A stretch of DNA of 64,000 nucleotides, taken from NCBI GenBank assembly GCA_963693095.2, contig OY843768.1:1728001-1792000 (forward strand), written 5' to 3'. Positions 22,313-30,797 of this stretch are shown here, piece by piece. The first letter of the stretch is position 1. The number at the start of each line of letters is the position of its first letter. The position numbers and the translations under genes are program-made. Under the pieces are notes generated by a model that was not told where the DNA came from, did not search any database, and was given only the letters and a program-made list of their open reading frames with translations. The DNA comes from Cenarchaeum sp. Its GTDB lineage: Archaea; Thermoproteota; Nitrososphaeria; Nitrososphaerales; Nitrosopumilaceae.

Positions 22313-22669
22313 CTAGTAGCCGTCCTTTTGGCGCCTGACGTTTATGCCGTGCTTTCGCTCATACTCATCGAGGACATCCTGCGGCGTCATGCCGAGCTCG
22401 ATGGCGGCCTGGACCACAAAGTGCCACACGTCTATGAGCTCCTCGCGCGCGGCTGTCTCGTCAAACTCACCGCGGGCCTTCCACCACTTCCAGCTCGTCG
22501 TGCGCTGGAGCTCGACGGCCTCGTGTATCATTGCTATGCAAAGCGCAGATATGCGCTCCTCGCGCCCCTTTGGGTAGCGTGTCGCGTCCATCATGCCGGC
22601 GAGCTCGCGCTGTATGCGAAATATGCGCCCTAGTGAGTCCTCGCGGCTAGAATCCGGTGATTCGCCCAT
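22313..22669 (-). CDS. Dimeric (all-alpha) dUTP diphosphatase
   Basis: WKWWK, EELIDVWHF, YERKHGINVRRQKDGY. Confidence 0.88.
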   Translation of the reverse strand: MGESPDSSREDSLGRIFRIQRELAGMMDATRYPKGREERISALCIAMIHEAVELQRTTSWKWWKARGEFDETAAREELIDVWHFVVQAAIELGMTPQDVLDEYERKHGINVRRQKDGY

Positions 22670-23540
22670 ACTCCCTCATCCTTGACTCTATCCTGGCCCG
22701 CGTTGTGGCCGAGAGCGCGCGCACGCCATGGGCCTCCACGGTGATCGATCCCACGACGTTGCCGTACGCCACAGCGCGCCTCATCGCCGTTATGCCCGTC
22801 CTCCCGCCGGCCTCGAGATATCCCATGACCGCACCGGCAAACGAGTCGCCAGCACCAGTGGGATCCACAAGCTTGCGCGTGGGGAATGCCGGGTACGGAT
22901 AGACATCACCGCCGTGGTAGAGGAGCGCGCCGTGCTCGTCCTTTTTGATAATGACAAATGTCGCGCCCCACGAGGCGATCTTTTTTGCGCAGCGCACGAG
23001 ATCATGCTCGTGCGTGAGGAGTCGGGCCTCCTCGGCGTTGATGACAGTAGCATCAGTCTCATGGATCATGCGCACGACGGCGCGCTTTTTTGTGCGTATC
23101 CAGAGGTCTATCGTGTCGCACATTGAAAAGCGCGGCCGATCAAAGTCGCCTAGCACGCCGACGTTTTGCACAGGATTGTTGGTCGCAAGGTAGACGTAGC
23201 GGCTGCGCCTGTACGCCTCTGGCACCCTCACGCGCCTGCCGGCGCTCACGCCGAGATCAACCTTTAGCGTCTTGCGCCACTCGAGGTGGCGGCCATACCT
23301 CGCATCAAACCGGAACGTTCTGCCCTCGCGCAGCTCAATGCCGGCGAGGTCAATGCGCCGGCCGAGCTCGCGCGTATAGCGGGCCGGAAAGTCGCTCCCC
23401 GTCGTCCCAACAAGGCCCGTCTTGGCAAAGTGGCTTGCCGCAAGTGCGGCATATGCGGCCGAGCCGCCAAGTATGTCGGTGTTCACCCTCCCGTGGGTTC
23501 TTATCGTGTCAAGCGAGACGGATCCAAACACCGCTAGCAT
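22647..23540 (-). CDS. PfkB-family carbohydrate kinase
   Basis: GGSAAY and DPTGAGDSFAG motifs. Confidence 0.92.
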   Translation of the reverse strand: MLAVFGSVSLDTIRTHGRVNTDILGGSAAYAALAASHFAKTGLVGTTGSDFPARYTRELGRRIDLAGIELREGRTFRFDARYGRHLEWRKTLKVDLGVSAGRRVRVPEAYRRSRYVYLATNNPVQNVGVLGDFDRPRFSMCDTIDLWIRTKKRAVVRMIHETDATVINAEEARLLTHEHDLVRCAKKIASWGATFVIIKKDEHGALLYHGGDVYPYPAFPTRKLVDPTGAGDSFAGAVMGYLEAGGRTGITAMRRAVAYGNVVGSITVEAHGVRALSATTRARIESRMREYGRITGF

Positions 23541-23554
23541 GGTAGGCCGACGCG

Positions 23555-24001
23555 CTATGCCCCGTGTATAAACCCGCCCACAGTGTCATACTCGAAGGGT
23601 ATCGATATGGACGCAAAGAGCACGTCATATGCCGTCACGCCCACGATCCTCACGCTAGAGCTCCCCTGCGCGGCGCCTGCCTCGACGAGGTACTCGCCGC
23701 CGACTGTGGCGCTTCCCATGGCCGGCATGACAAAGGGCTCGATCGTGCCGCTTCCGATGTCACGCCCGCCCTCGACTACGACAAAGTCGGTCTTGCCGAC
23801 TGCGATCGGGAGGATTGTGGGGTTCTCGACGGCTACGGTCAGCGCATACGTCGAGCCGGCCTCGCCGCTCTCGATGAGCTCGCTGCCGGCCACGCTCACA
23901 GATATGCCCGTGGCCGCGACGTACTGCCAGCCCCCAAACGCGCCTAGCGTGATTATGGCCATAATGGCCACCCTTCTGCGACTGGGCCGCTCCATGCCCA
24001 A
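23555..24001 (-). CDS. Membrane-anchored LEA_2-like protein
   Basis: N-terminal TM followed by VENPT beta-sandwich pattern. Confidence 0.6.
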   Translation of the reverse strand: MGMERPSRRRVAIMAIITLGAFGGWQYVAATGISVSVAGSELIESGEAGSTYALTVAVENPTILPIAVGKTDFVVVEGGRDIGSGTIEPFVMPAMGSATVGGEYLVEAGAAQGSSSVRIVGVTAYDVLFASISIPFEYDTVGGFIHGA

Positions 24002-24107
24002 TGGTTCCTTTTTGCCTTTTTAACTGCGGTGTGCATAAAATTTGATCTCAACTCGGATCTCATTAGAGCCGCCGCCCTTAAATCAACTCGGGGATGGTGC
24101 GTGGGGC

Positions 24108-24569
24108 ATGGCAAAGCTAAAGGTCAGGGCCGGCGAGTCTGAAGTCGAGATAGACTCGCGCGACTTTTACGTTGACAATGACACGGTGGCCGAGGTCATC
24201 GACCTCGTCAGGACGCACCTGCCCGAGGCCGACCGCGGCGAGGGCGCCGCCACTGACGCGCTTGACTCCCTCGAGGAGGCCGAGGTCTCCGAGCCCGAGC
24301 TGCCCGATGGTGAGCCGGCCACTGCCACCGAGCCTGTCGCCCTTGCGCGCCGTGAGGACATTCGGAGAAACATCTCGGCACTCCAGGAGACAGAGTTCTT
24401 TGAGGAGCCGCGCACGGCATCAGAGACCGTCGAGCGCCTTCGCGAGCGCGGGTGGGGCGCAAGCCTCCTTGACGTCTCAAAAGAGCTCGCAAGAATGTCT
24501 GCTGAGCGACTAATCCGCGTCAACTCGCGCGACAGGCGCAACTATTACTCTGTCGCCCTGGCGCGCTAG
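24108..24569 (+). CDS. Hypothetical protein with a C-terminal winged-helix-like domain
   Basis: MAKLKVRAGESEVEIDS...FFEEPRTASETVERL. Confidence 0.7.
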   Translation: MAKLKVRAGESEVEIDSRDFYVDNDTVAEVIDLVRTHLPEADRGEGAATDALDSLEEAEVSEPELPDGEPATATEPVALARREDIRRNISALQETEFFEEPRTASETVERLRERGWGASLLDVSKELARMSAERLIRVNSRDRRNYYSVALAR

Positions 24570-24751
24570 GCAGAATGCCCGCACGCCTTGCACGACTCAA
24601 ACACGTCACCCTCTAGATGGTCAAAGTGTGTCCCACAGTCTGCGCACGTGTGGTGCATGTCGCGATCGCCGTCCGCATGGACCTCGCCGAGCTCGTGCGC
24701 ATCAAGGCTTGTTGAGCCGCACCTTATGCAGTGGCACCCGCACGAGGCCAC
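24566..24751 (-). CDS. Small Cys/His-rich Zn-ribbon protein
   Basis: Three CxxC pairs in 61 aa. Confidence 0.65.
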   Translation of the reverse strand: MASCGCHCIRCGSTSLDAHELGEVHADGDRDMHHTCADCGTHFDHLEGDVFESCKACGHSA

Positions 24752-25696
24752 CTAGCGCACCCTTTGGCGCCGGCGCGACCAGACTGCGATCGCGATGCCT
24801 AGCCCGGCAGCACCGGCCACAATGGCCGCAATGCCGACCGTAATGTCAGGCGCCGCGTCTGCGCCCATGTCGCCACCTGCCGCATCGCCACCAAATATGT
24901 TGAGCGTTCCGGACGACGCGCCGCGAATCTGCAGCCACGAGTGCGTCATGTTCTCGATTCCGACACTTGCCACAAGCCTGCGCTCGTTCCCATACGCCTC
25001 ATAGGGGCCGTCCATGAGCGACTTTGGGATCGCAACGTCGACATAGACCCCGTCATCAGCATCAAGCTCCATGCTTATCGCGTTGGCATTGGCGTCAAAG
25101 CCGGCATCGGTGATTCCTGCAACTGTCCGGACCTCGATGCGCTCGCCGTCATCGTCGTCTGGCGGCGTGTACGAGTAGATGCGCTCGTCTCCGCCATACT
25201 CTATATCCGCATAGCACCCGTGGCACAGAAACCTCCCGTTATCAAAGTCGACTGCGGCCCCGTTGATGTACGCGCGCGCAACTCCCTGCGGCATCACAAA
25301 GAGCGTCTCGGTCGGATACGAGTACTTCCATGACGTGTACGTCCCGTCCATGGACAGTGCGCCCACAAGGTCATACTCGACTATGGTGTTTGACGCAGGC
25401 TCAAATATCGTCACGCCAAACCCGCCGTCATGCGTCGATATCGCGTGATCGACCTCGTTTTCGGCCCCGTCAGTCATCCGTATGTTCTCATACGTGCCCT
25501 CGACGCTGACTAGGGTCACCGGCCCATCGTTGCGCCTCACCTCGTGGAGGACATGGGCCGAGCCGTCCTCGCCGATCGTCACCTCTAGCCTCTCGTGGAT
25601 CGCATCCTCGCCAACTATAAGCTGCGCTAGTGCGGCAGGCGTAATTGCGCAGAGCGCAACTAGCGCGACGGCGGCGCTAGTCTGCCACGCGCACAC
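24752..25696 (-). CDS. Secreted protein with a C-terminal membrane anchor
   Basis: Signal peptide; CHGC motif; C-terminal TM with an Arg-rich tail. Confidence 0.72.
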   Translation of the reverse strand: MCAWQTSAAVALVALCAITPAALAQLIVGEDAIHERLEVTIGEDGSAHVLHEVRRNDGPVTLVSVEGTYENIRMTDGAENEVDHAISTHDGGFGVTIFEPASNTIVEYDLVGALSMDGTYTSWKYSYPTETLFVMPQGVARAYINGAAVDFDNGRFLCHGCYADIEYGGDERIYSYTPPDDDDGERIEVRTVAGITDAGFDANANAISMELDADDGVYVDVAIPKSLMDGPYEAYGNERRLVASVGIENMTHSWLQIRGASSGTLNIFGGDAAGGDMGADAAPDITVGIAAIVAGAAGLGIAIAVWSRRRQRVR

Positions 25697-26156
25697 TCTC
25701 GATCTTTGCCTCCTCTAGCGGACAGTCGCGCTCGTCGCGCTTTAGGCCCACTATGCGGTCGGCGACCTCGATTCCAGAGGTCACCTCGCCAAAGGCAGTA
25801 TACTGGCCATTGAGGTGCATGCTGTCACTCGTGACTATAAAGAACTGCGAGCCGGCGCTGTCGGGGTCCGAGGAGCGGGCCATCGAGACGACGCCTCGCA
25901 CGTGTGCCTTTGGGTTGAACTCGGCCTTGATCGAGTATCCGGGCCCGCCGGTCCCCCATGTGGACCGGTTGCCCCCCTTTGTGTTGGGGTCGCCGCCCTG
26001 TATCATAAAGCCCGGTATGACCCTGTGGAAGAGCGTTCCATCATAGAACGAGTCGCGCGCAAGCTTTGCAAAGTTCCTCACAGTCTCAGGCGCTATGTCG
26101 GGGAGGAGCCTTATGGTCATCGCGCCTAGATTCGTCGTTATTGTCGCCTCTGCCAA
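25677..26156 (-). CDS. Cyclophilin-type peptidyl-prolyl isomerase
   Basis: FHRVIPGFMIQGGDP, SMAR, SQFFI motifs. Confidence 0.96.
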   Translation of the reverse strand: MAEATITTNLGAMTIRLLPDIAPETVRNFAKLARDSFYDGTLFHRVIPGFMIQGGDPNTKGGNRSTWGTGGPGYSIKAEFNPKAHVRGVVSMARSSDPDSAGSQFFIVTSDSMHLNGQYTAFGEVTSGIEVADRIVGLKRDERDCPLEEAKIESVRVAD

Positions 26157-26314
26157 CGATCCGCCCGCCGCATATGTTGCAATATAGCCTTTTGGGAGGA
26201 TGTGGGCACCATGTGACGTGGCGGCCTGCGTGATCCGCCTCTAGGCGGGAGAATCCTTGCCGGGCCAGAGGTGTCATATTAAACCTGTCGTGCGCATGAT
26301 CAATTTTTGTTAAA

Positions 26315-26593
26315 GTGCGCAGACTGAAAATAATGTTATATATCCCCAGAGTCCGGCGCGCCGCGTTGAATCGCACAAACCAGAATTCTGTCATAAAGGA
26401 AGCGATTAACACATACCTCGAGAACGGCATAAAGGACAAGCAGGACATATACACGCGCGTAGTCGTCGACCTCGGCGTTCCGCGACCCACGGTTCGGCGC
26501 GTCGCACGCGACCTGCGCAACGAGCTCCTTCGCAAGATCGAGACCCTCCAGGACGAGATATCGACTGCCGAGGGCAAAAGCCGCTCCAAATAG
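26315..26593 (+). CDS. Small conserved HTH-like protein (true start probably later)
   Basis: DKQDIYTRVVVDLGVPRPTVRRVARDL; followed by a T-rich terminator. Confidence 0.65.
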   Translation: MRRLKIMLYIPRVRRAALNRTNQNSVIKEAINTYLENGIKDKQDIYTRVVVDLGVPRPTVRRVARDLRNELLRKIETLQDEISTAEGKSRSK

Positions 26594-26667
26594 GCCACTA
26601 GGCCCTTTTTTCATTTTTAGGCGTGAGCCGTGGCGAGGATCCCGCCCTTGGGGCGCATGGGAGCGGG

Positions 26668-26903
26668 CTCCTGACCCGCCCGTGACGGTCAGGCACGCAA
26701 GCAACCTTTAAAAATGGCATATGGGCACTGATTGATGTTGTCAGAGAAAAGCGAGACCAAAAAGCACGAGATGACGCAGGCCGAAGCAGAGGCAAAGCTC
26801 GACAAACTGGACCTAACCATGCCAATTTACACCAACAGAGAAAAGAGGTATGATCCGTTTGAGGAAGACTCCCAATGATCCCTCTGACGCGCAGGACAGT
26901 CTC
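26668..26903 (+). repeat. ~235-bp direct repeat, copy 1
   Basis: Near-identical to 27864..28103; the coding part is offset by exactly 1200 bp. Confidence 0.92.
26735..26878 (+). CDS. 47-aa peptide, copy 1
   Basis: MLSEKSETKKHEMTQAEAEAKLDKLDLTMPIYTNREKRYDPFEEDSQ*; TTTAAAAA ~27 nt upstream; synonymous differences relative to copy 2. Confidence 0.62.
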   Translation: MLSEKSETKKHEMTQAEAEAKLDKLDLTMPIYTNREKRYDPFEEDSQ

Positions 26904-27470
26904 CAAGACGGTGATCACCGTGCCCATAACTATGAGGAAGTGGCCGACATGCTTCAGGCGGGCACTAGGGAATGCGACGAGTCAATAAATGGCCTTATTG
27001 ACAGGGCAAAATCAACTCTTGGCGTTGGCGCGATAGTTCTAAGCGTGATTATTGCCGGAACTAGGGCGTTTGCAAGTCTGGGAGAAAATGGTCCTGGCGA
27101 CTTCATAACAAAAATGTCAGAAATTGGAGTAACTGTTCCTGTGCCTACATTTTGGATCTTCGGAACCGCACTCATCATCGCATCGATGTGCGTTTCTCTT
27201 GTCGCCTTCAATGTTGTAAAACTAAGAATTCCGTTTGGTTCTCCCCTGCTAATCACAAATAACAAAATTGATCCACAAAAATTTGATGTGTGGAACAAGG
27301 TCTCAAAAGATTACATACACAAGCGTAAATGTGAGTCATACGCAACAACGTTGCAAAACAGAGAAAGAATATTGGCAATTCTGGGAAAACTCACATTTAT
27401 AGCCCAAACAATGCTGATTTTTGGCCTTGTGATATCATCTGTCGTTATATTGATCATACTGGGCATATAG
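26850..27470 (+). CDS. AT-rich three-TM membrane protein
   Basis: 206 aa; helix-TM-TM-loop-TM layout; start uncertain. Confidence 0.68.
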   Translation: MIRLRKTPNDPSDAQDSLQDGDHRAHNYEEVADMLQAGTRECDESINGLIDRAKSTLGVGAIVLSVIIAGTRAFASLGENGPGDFITKMSEIGVTVPVPTFWIFGTALIIASMCVSLVAFNVVKLRIPFGSPLLITNNKIDPQKFDVWNKVSKDYIHKRKCESYATTLQNRERILAILGKLTFIAQTMLIFGLVISSVVILIILGI

Positions 27471-27863
27471 ACGACGCCAAATTCTGCAAAACTCTACTTG
27501 ATAAAGTATGTGAGCAGGTGATGCCATTATCAGCATCACCGCAGCAATTTCAGATACGCAAGCCCGCATGATTTCCATAATGCGATTAACATTCGCACAC
27601 ATGTGGTTGTTGTGGGTCTGTGCGACTAGATCAGCCACTCAAACAGTTTGATCAAGCGGCGATCCGACAAATCGGCTAGGGCGTCCAGGAGCAGAGTGCT
27701 AGAACGTGACACCCTTGACCAACGCCACCTCCCTGTCTGACAGGGACGTGAGGGAGGAGGGCGCAAGGCGAGACTTTGCCCGTCAGAGGCATTTGGGCGC
27801 TCACTCGTAGCCGCACATCGCAGTCGTGGCGCGTGCTCGCCCCGTGGGATTCATGGGTGTGGA

Positions 27864-28103
27864 CTCCTGACCCGCCCGCACGCGACGGTCAGGCACGCAA
27901 CCAACCCTTAAAAATGGCATATGGGCACTGATTGATGTTGTCAGAAAAGAGCGAGACCAAAAAGCACGTGATGACACAGGCCGAAGCAGAGGCAAAGCTC
28001 GACAAACTGACCATAACGGCACCACTATACCCCAGTAAAGAAAAGAGGTACGATCCGTTTGAGGAAGACTCCCAATGATCCCCCTGACGCGCAGGACAGC
28101 CTC
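27864..28103 (+). repeat. ~235-bp direct repeat, copy 2
   Basis: See copy 1. Confidence 0.92.
27935..28078 (+). CDS. 47-aa peptide, copy 2
   Basis: MLSEKSETKKHVMTQAEAEAKLDKLTITAPLYPSKEKRYDPFEEDSQ*. Confidence 0.62.
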   Translation: MLSEKSETKKHVMTQAEAEAKLDKLTITAPLYPSKEKRYDPFEEDSQ

Positions 28104-28142
28104 TAGGGGCAATAATGATTATAAACGGCCACCTGTGGGCGC

Positions 28143-28391
28143 GTGACGCACATGGGGTACCTGTACAACCACCTCGCGACAGTCGTGTGCGGCGTGTTCG
28201 CCGGCGTGCTTAGCCTGCTCTGGGCATTGCTCGTCCCGCCGTATCCCGCCCTTCACTTTATCTTTCTCATGGCCGTGCCGATAATGTGGTTTCTCGTCCT
28301 GACGTGCTGGCTCGCCCAAAAGAGCACTGACTATATGCACGCCACGCATGAGTCACCCGAGCAGCAGCGCTATACGAGCGCGGCGATCTAG
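28143..28391 (+). CDS. Small two-TM membrane protein
   Basis: 82 aa; TTATAAA ~25 nt upstream. Confidence 0.7.
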   Translation: MTHMGYLYNHLATVVCGVFAGVLSLLWALLVPPYPALHFIFLMAVPIMWFLVLTCWLAQKSTDYMHATHESPEQQRYTSAAI

Positions 28392-28494
28392 TGCGAGCAT
28401 CCGCAGCCGCACGACTCACCGTGGGCAGTCTTGCATGACGGGCAGCTCTGCGCTCCGCCAAGGTGACACTTGCACGCGCACTCGTCCATGGGCC

Positions 28495-29013
28495 TCACCG
28501 CGTCTTGGAGGCCAGCGCAATCGTCTCGTCGACCATCTCGGTCACGCGCGCCGTCGTCTCGGCGTCCGGGCCCGAGTCACTGATCTTGTCGGCGGTGACA
28601 TAGACGGCCTTTGGGTTTGCTATAACGCGAAAGTACGAGAGGAGCTGCGTGAGGAGTGTCTGCACGTCAGTAAAGCCGATCTCGCCAGAGGCAACGATGG
28701 CCATGCCGGCAACCTTGCCGGGGGTCTTTTTGTAGTCGATGTACTCAAAGAGGTTCTTTAGCGCCGAGCTAAAGAACGAGTTGTATATCGGCGTGCCAAT
28801 TATCCAGACGTCAGCCTCCGTTATTGCCGCCGCCGCGCGCATGGTCGCCTCGCCGTACGCCTCGCCGGGCCCGCGATAGCAGTCTATCGAGCCGTCTGCC
28901 ATGTTGATGAATGTCGTGTCTGCTGACTTTGAGGCATGCTCGTGGGCGATGCGCATGACGTGCTGCGTCCTTGCGCCCTTTCGTGGACTAGCCGATATGA
29001 CTACGACCTTCAT
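28495..29013 (-). CDS. NAD(P)H-dependent FMN reductase
   Basis: VISASPRKG and GTPIYNSFFSSALKN motifs. Confidence 0.9.
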   Translation of the reverse strand: MKVVVISASPRKGARTQHVMRIAHEHASKSADTTFINMADGSIDCYRGPGEAYGEATMRAAAAITEADVWIIGTPIYNSFFSSALKNLFEYIDYKKTPGKVAGMAIVASGEIGFTDVQTLLTQLLSYFRVIANPKAVYVTADKISDSGPDAETTARVTEMVDETIALASKTR

Positions 29014-29197
29014 GCGTCGCGCCTCCCCACGCGGCATATTTAATGTTCTGTGCGGTTCGCAACATGATGCCTTGTACGAAAAGTGGTGGACTGGGCAGGA
29101 ACGCCTGCCCGGCGTCGATCCGGACGCCTCCATACACCTAGAATGGCACCGTGGAGCGCGTTCAAGCTTTAAATCAACCCCTGCGCGCGGTTCTGCG

Positions 29198-30721
29198 TTG
29201 AGCCGGACTCGCCTGACATCAGCACTCGCCGCAGTGCTCCTAGTCGCGATAGTTCCGGCCGCGCATGCCGAGCTTGACTGGCCAGAAAAGGTAGAGCTCG
29301 GTGCTGCCCTCTATGAGATTCGCGGTCACCTCGATGCCGTTGAGACCAACCTGGGCGGCTCATTTGGCTCGTTTGCCTCCGAGTCGTTCATGGCCGAGGC
29401 GCAGCACGCCGTAGCGCACGCGGGGCATCCGATCGCCGAGGTCTACCCCGCGATATCGCCAACTGTTCGCGAGATCGACTCGGTAGTTGATGACACGCTC
29501 AGGGACGCACTAGAGAAGCTCAACGCGCGCGTCGGGCAGGGCGTTACATCATACTCTGAGATCGCCGATGAGCTCTCGACGGCAAGGTGGGCAGTCGACA
29601 TGGTTCAGACCGCTACGCTAGGCGTCGACTCGCCTAATGACCCCGCACTCAACGCCGCCATCGCCGCACAGCTCATCGAGCTCTCGACTGACGAGTATGA
29701 CGAGGCCATACTCGACTCGCGCGTAGAGTATGTAGTCGAGCTGCAAGACGCGTACGCGTTTCTTGACGTGGCCCACATGGATATCCTCCGAGGCGCCACG
29801 TTCATGGACTATTCGGCGACGCAGCAGATCGAGTACGATGACGCATTTCTCGCGTTCTATGAGGTATATGACAACCGCGCCGACCCCGCGCGCTCAGCAG
29901 AGATGGCATCTGTGCTATCTGCCAAGCTTGTCTCAACGTTTGCAGAGTCAGACGGCATGATGGGCATGACAGACATGACCGATATGGCCGACAAGGACTC
30001 AATGATGCCAATGCAGGCAGATTATGCCGAGTCAGTGGCGAGAATTCCAGTGATAAGGGATCTGCTCGATAAGGCAAAATACGAGTACAATGCGGGCAAC
30101 ACCGATATGGCCGCCGACCTTGTAAAGCAGGCGTACATTGACGAGTTCGAGTACGTCGAGTCTGATCTTGATGCCGTAGGCCAGCCGGAACTCCGCGAAA
30201 AGATAGAGACGATGCTTCGTGACACGATCCTGTCGTCAATTCGCGCCGGTGGTGATGATGCCCCGCCAATGATAGACACAGTCGTCGGGGATCTCGAGGT
30301 GGCTCGCGTCGCGCTGAGCGGAGAGGGCGAGCCCATGATGACATCAGAGTCAGAGGGCGGTGGATGCCTCATTGCGACTGCCGCATACGGCACGGAGATG
30401 GCCCACGAGGTTCAGGCCCTGCGCGAGACGCGTGACTCTGTCCTCGGCACCGCCACAGGCTCGGCGTTCATGTCGGCCTTTAACGGCGTATACTATGCGT
30501 TCTCGCCGACAGTGGCTGACTGGGAGCGCGAGAGCCCCGAGTTTCGCGCCCTCGTGAGGGCACTCATCACGCCGATGGTCGCCTCGCTGTCGATAATGTC
30601 AGTCGCCGGCGATGATGCATCGGACATCGGCGTCGCCTCGCTAGGCGCCCTCGTCATCGCGCTCAACGTCGGCATGTACGTGGCCGCACCGGCGGCCATC
30701 GCCTGGCGCCTCAGACGCTAG
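29198..30721 (+). CDS. Secreted helical protein with CFI-box-CTERM domain, probably an iron-uptake partner
   Basis: Signal peptide; GGGCLIATAAYGT CFI-box; AYIDEFEYVE matches the repeats of the adjacent FTR1 protein; Met-rich linker. Confidence 0.75.
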   Translation: MSRTRLTSALAAVLLVAIVPAAHAELDWPEKVELGAALYEIRGHLDAVETNLGGSFGSFASESFMAEAQHAVAHAGHPIAEVYPAISPTVREIDSVVDDTLRDALEKLNARVGQGVTSYSEIADELSTARWAVDMVQTATLGVDSPNDPALNAAIAAQLIELSTDEYDEAILDSRVEYVVELQDAYAFLDVAHMDILRGATFMDYSATQQIEYDDAFLAFYEVYDNRADPARSAEMASVLSAKLVSTFAESDGMMGMTDMTDMADKDSMMPMQADYAESVARIPVIRDLLDKAKYEYNAGNTDMAADLVKQAYIDEFEYVESDLDAVGQPELREKIETMLRDTILSSIRAGGDDAPPMIDTVVGDLEVARVALSGEGEPMMTSESEGGGCLIATAAYGTEMAHEVQALRETRDSVLGTATGSAFMSAFNGVYYAFSPTVADWERESPEFRALVRALITPMVASLSIMSVAGDDASDIGVASLGALVIALNVGMYVAAPAAIAWRLRR

Positions 30722-30760
30722 GGCAAGGGCGCATTACAGATGCCTGGAATCAGTTAGTGC

Positions 30761-30785
30761 TTTAAATATAATTAGCTAACCCTAA
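30761..30785 (+). promoter_or_regulatory. TATA box plus DtxR/MntR-family operator
   Basis: TTTAAATA at 30761 followed by TTAGCTAACCCTAA (30772..30785), matching the TTAGG-N4-CCTAA type box, 12 nt before the FTR1 ATG. Confidence 0.72.
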
Positions 30786-30797
30786 AGTATCCTGCCC

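Noticed and set aside
28143-28391. Small membrane protein as an ammonia monooxygenase accessory subunit
   Set aside because: No amo genes nearby and I cannot match the sequence from memory.
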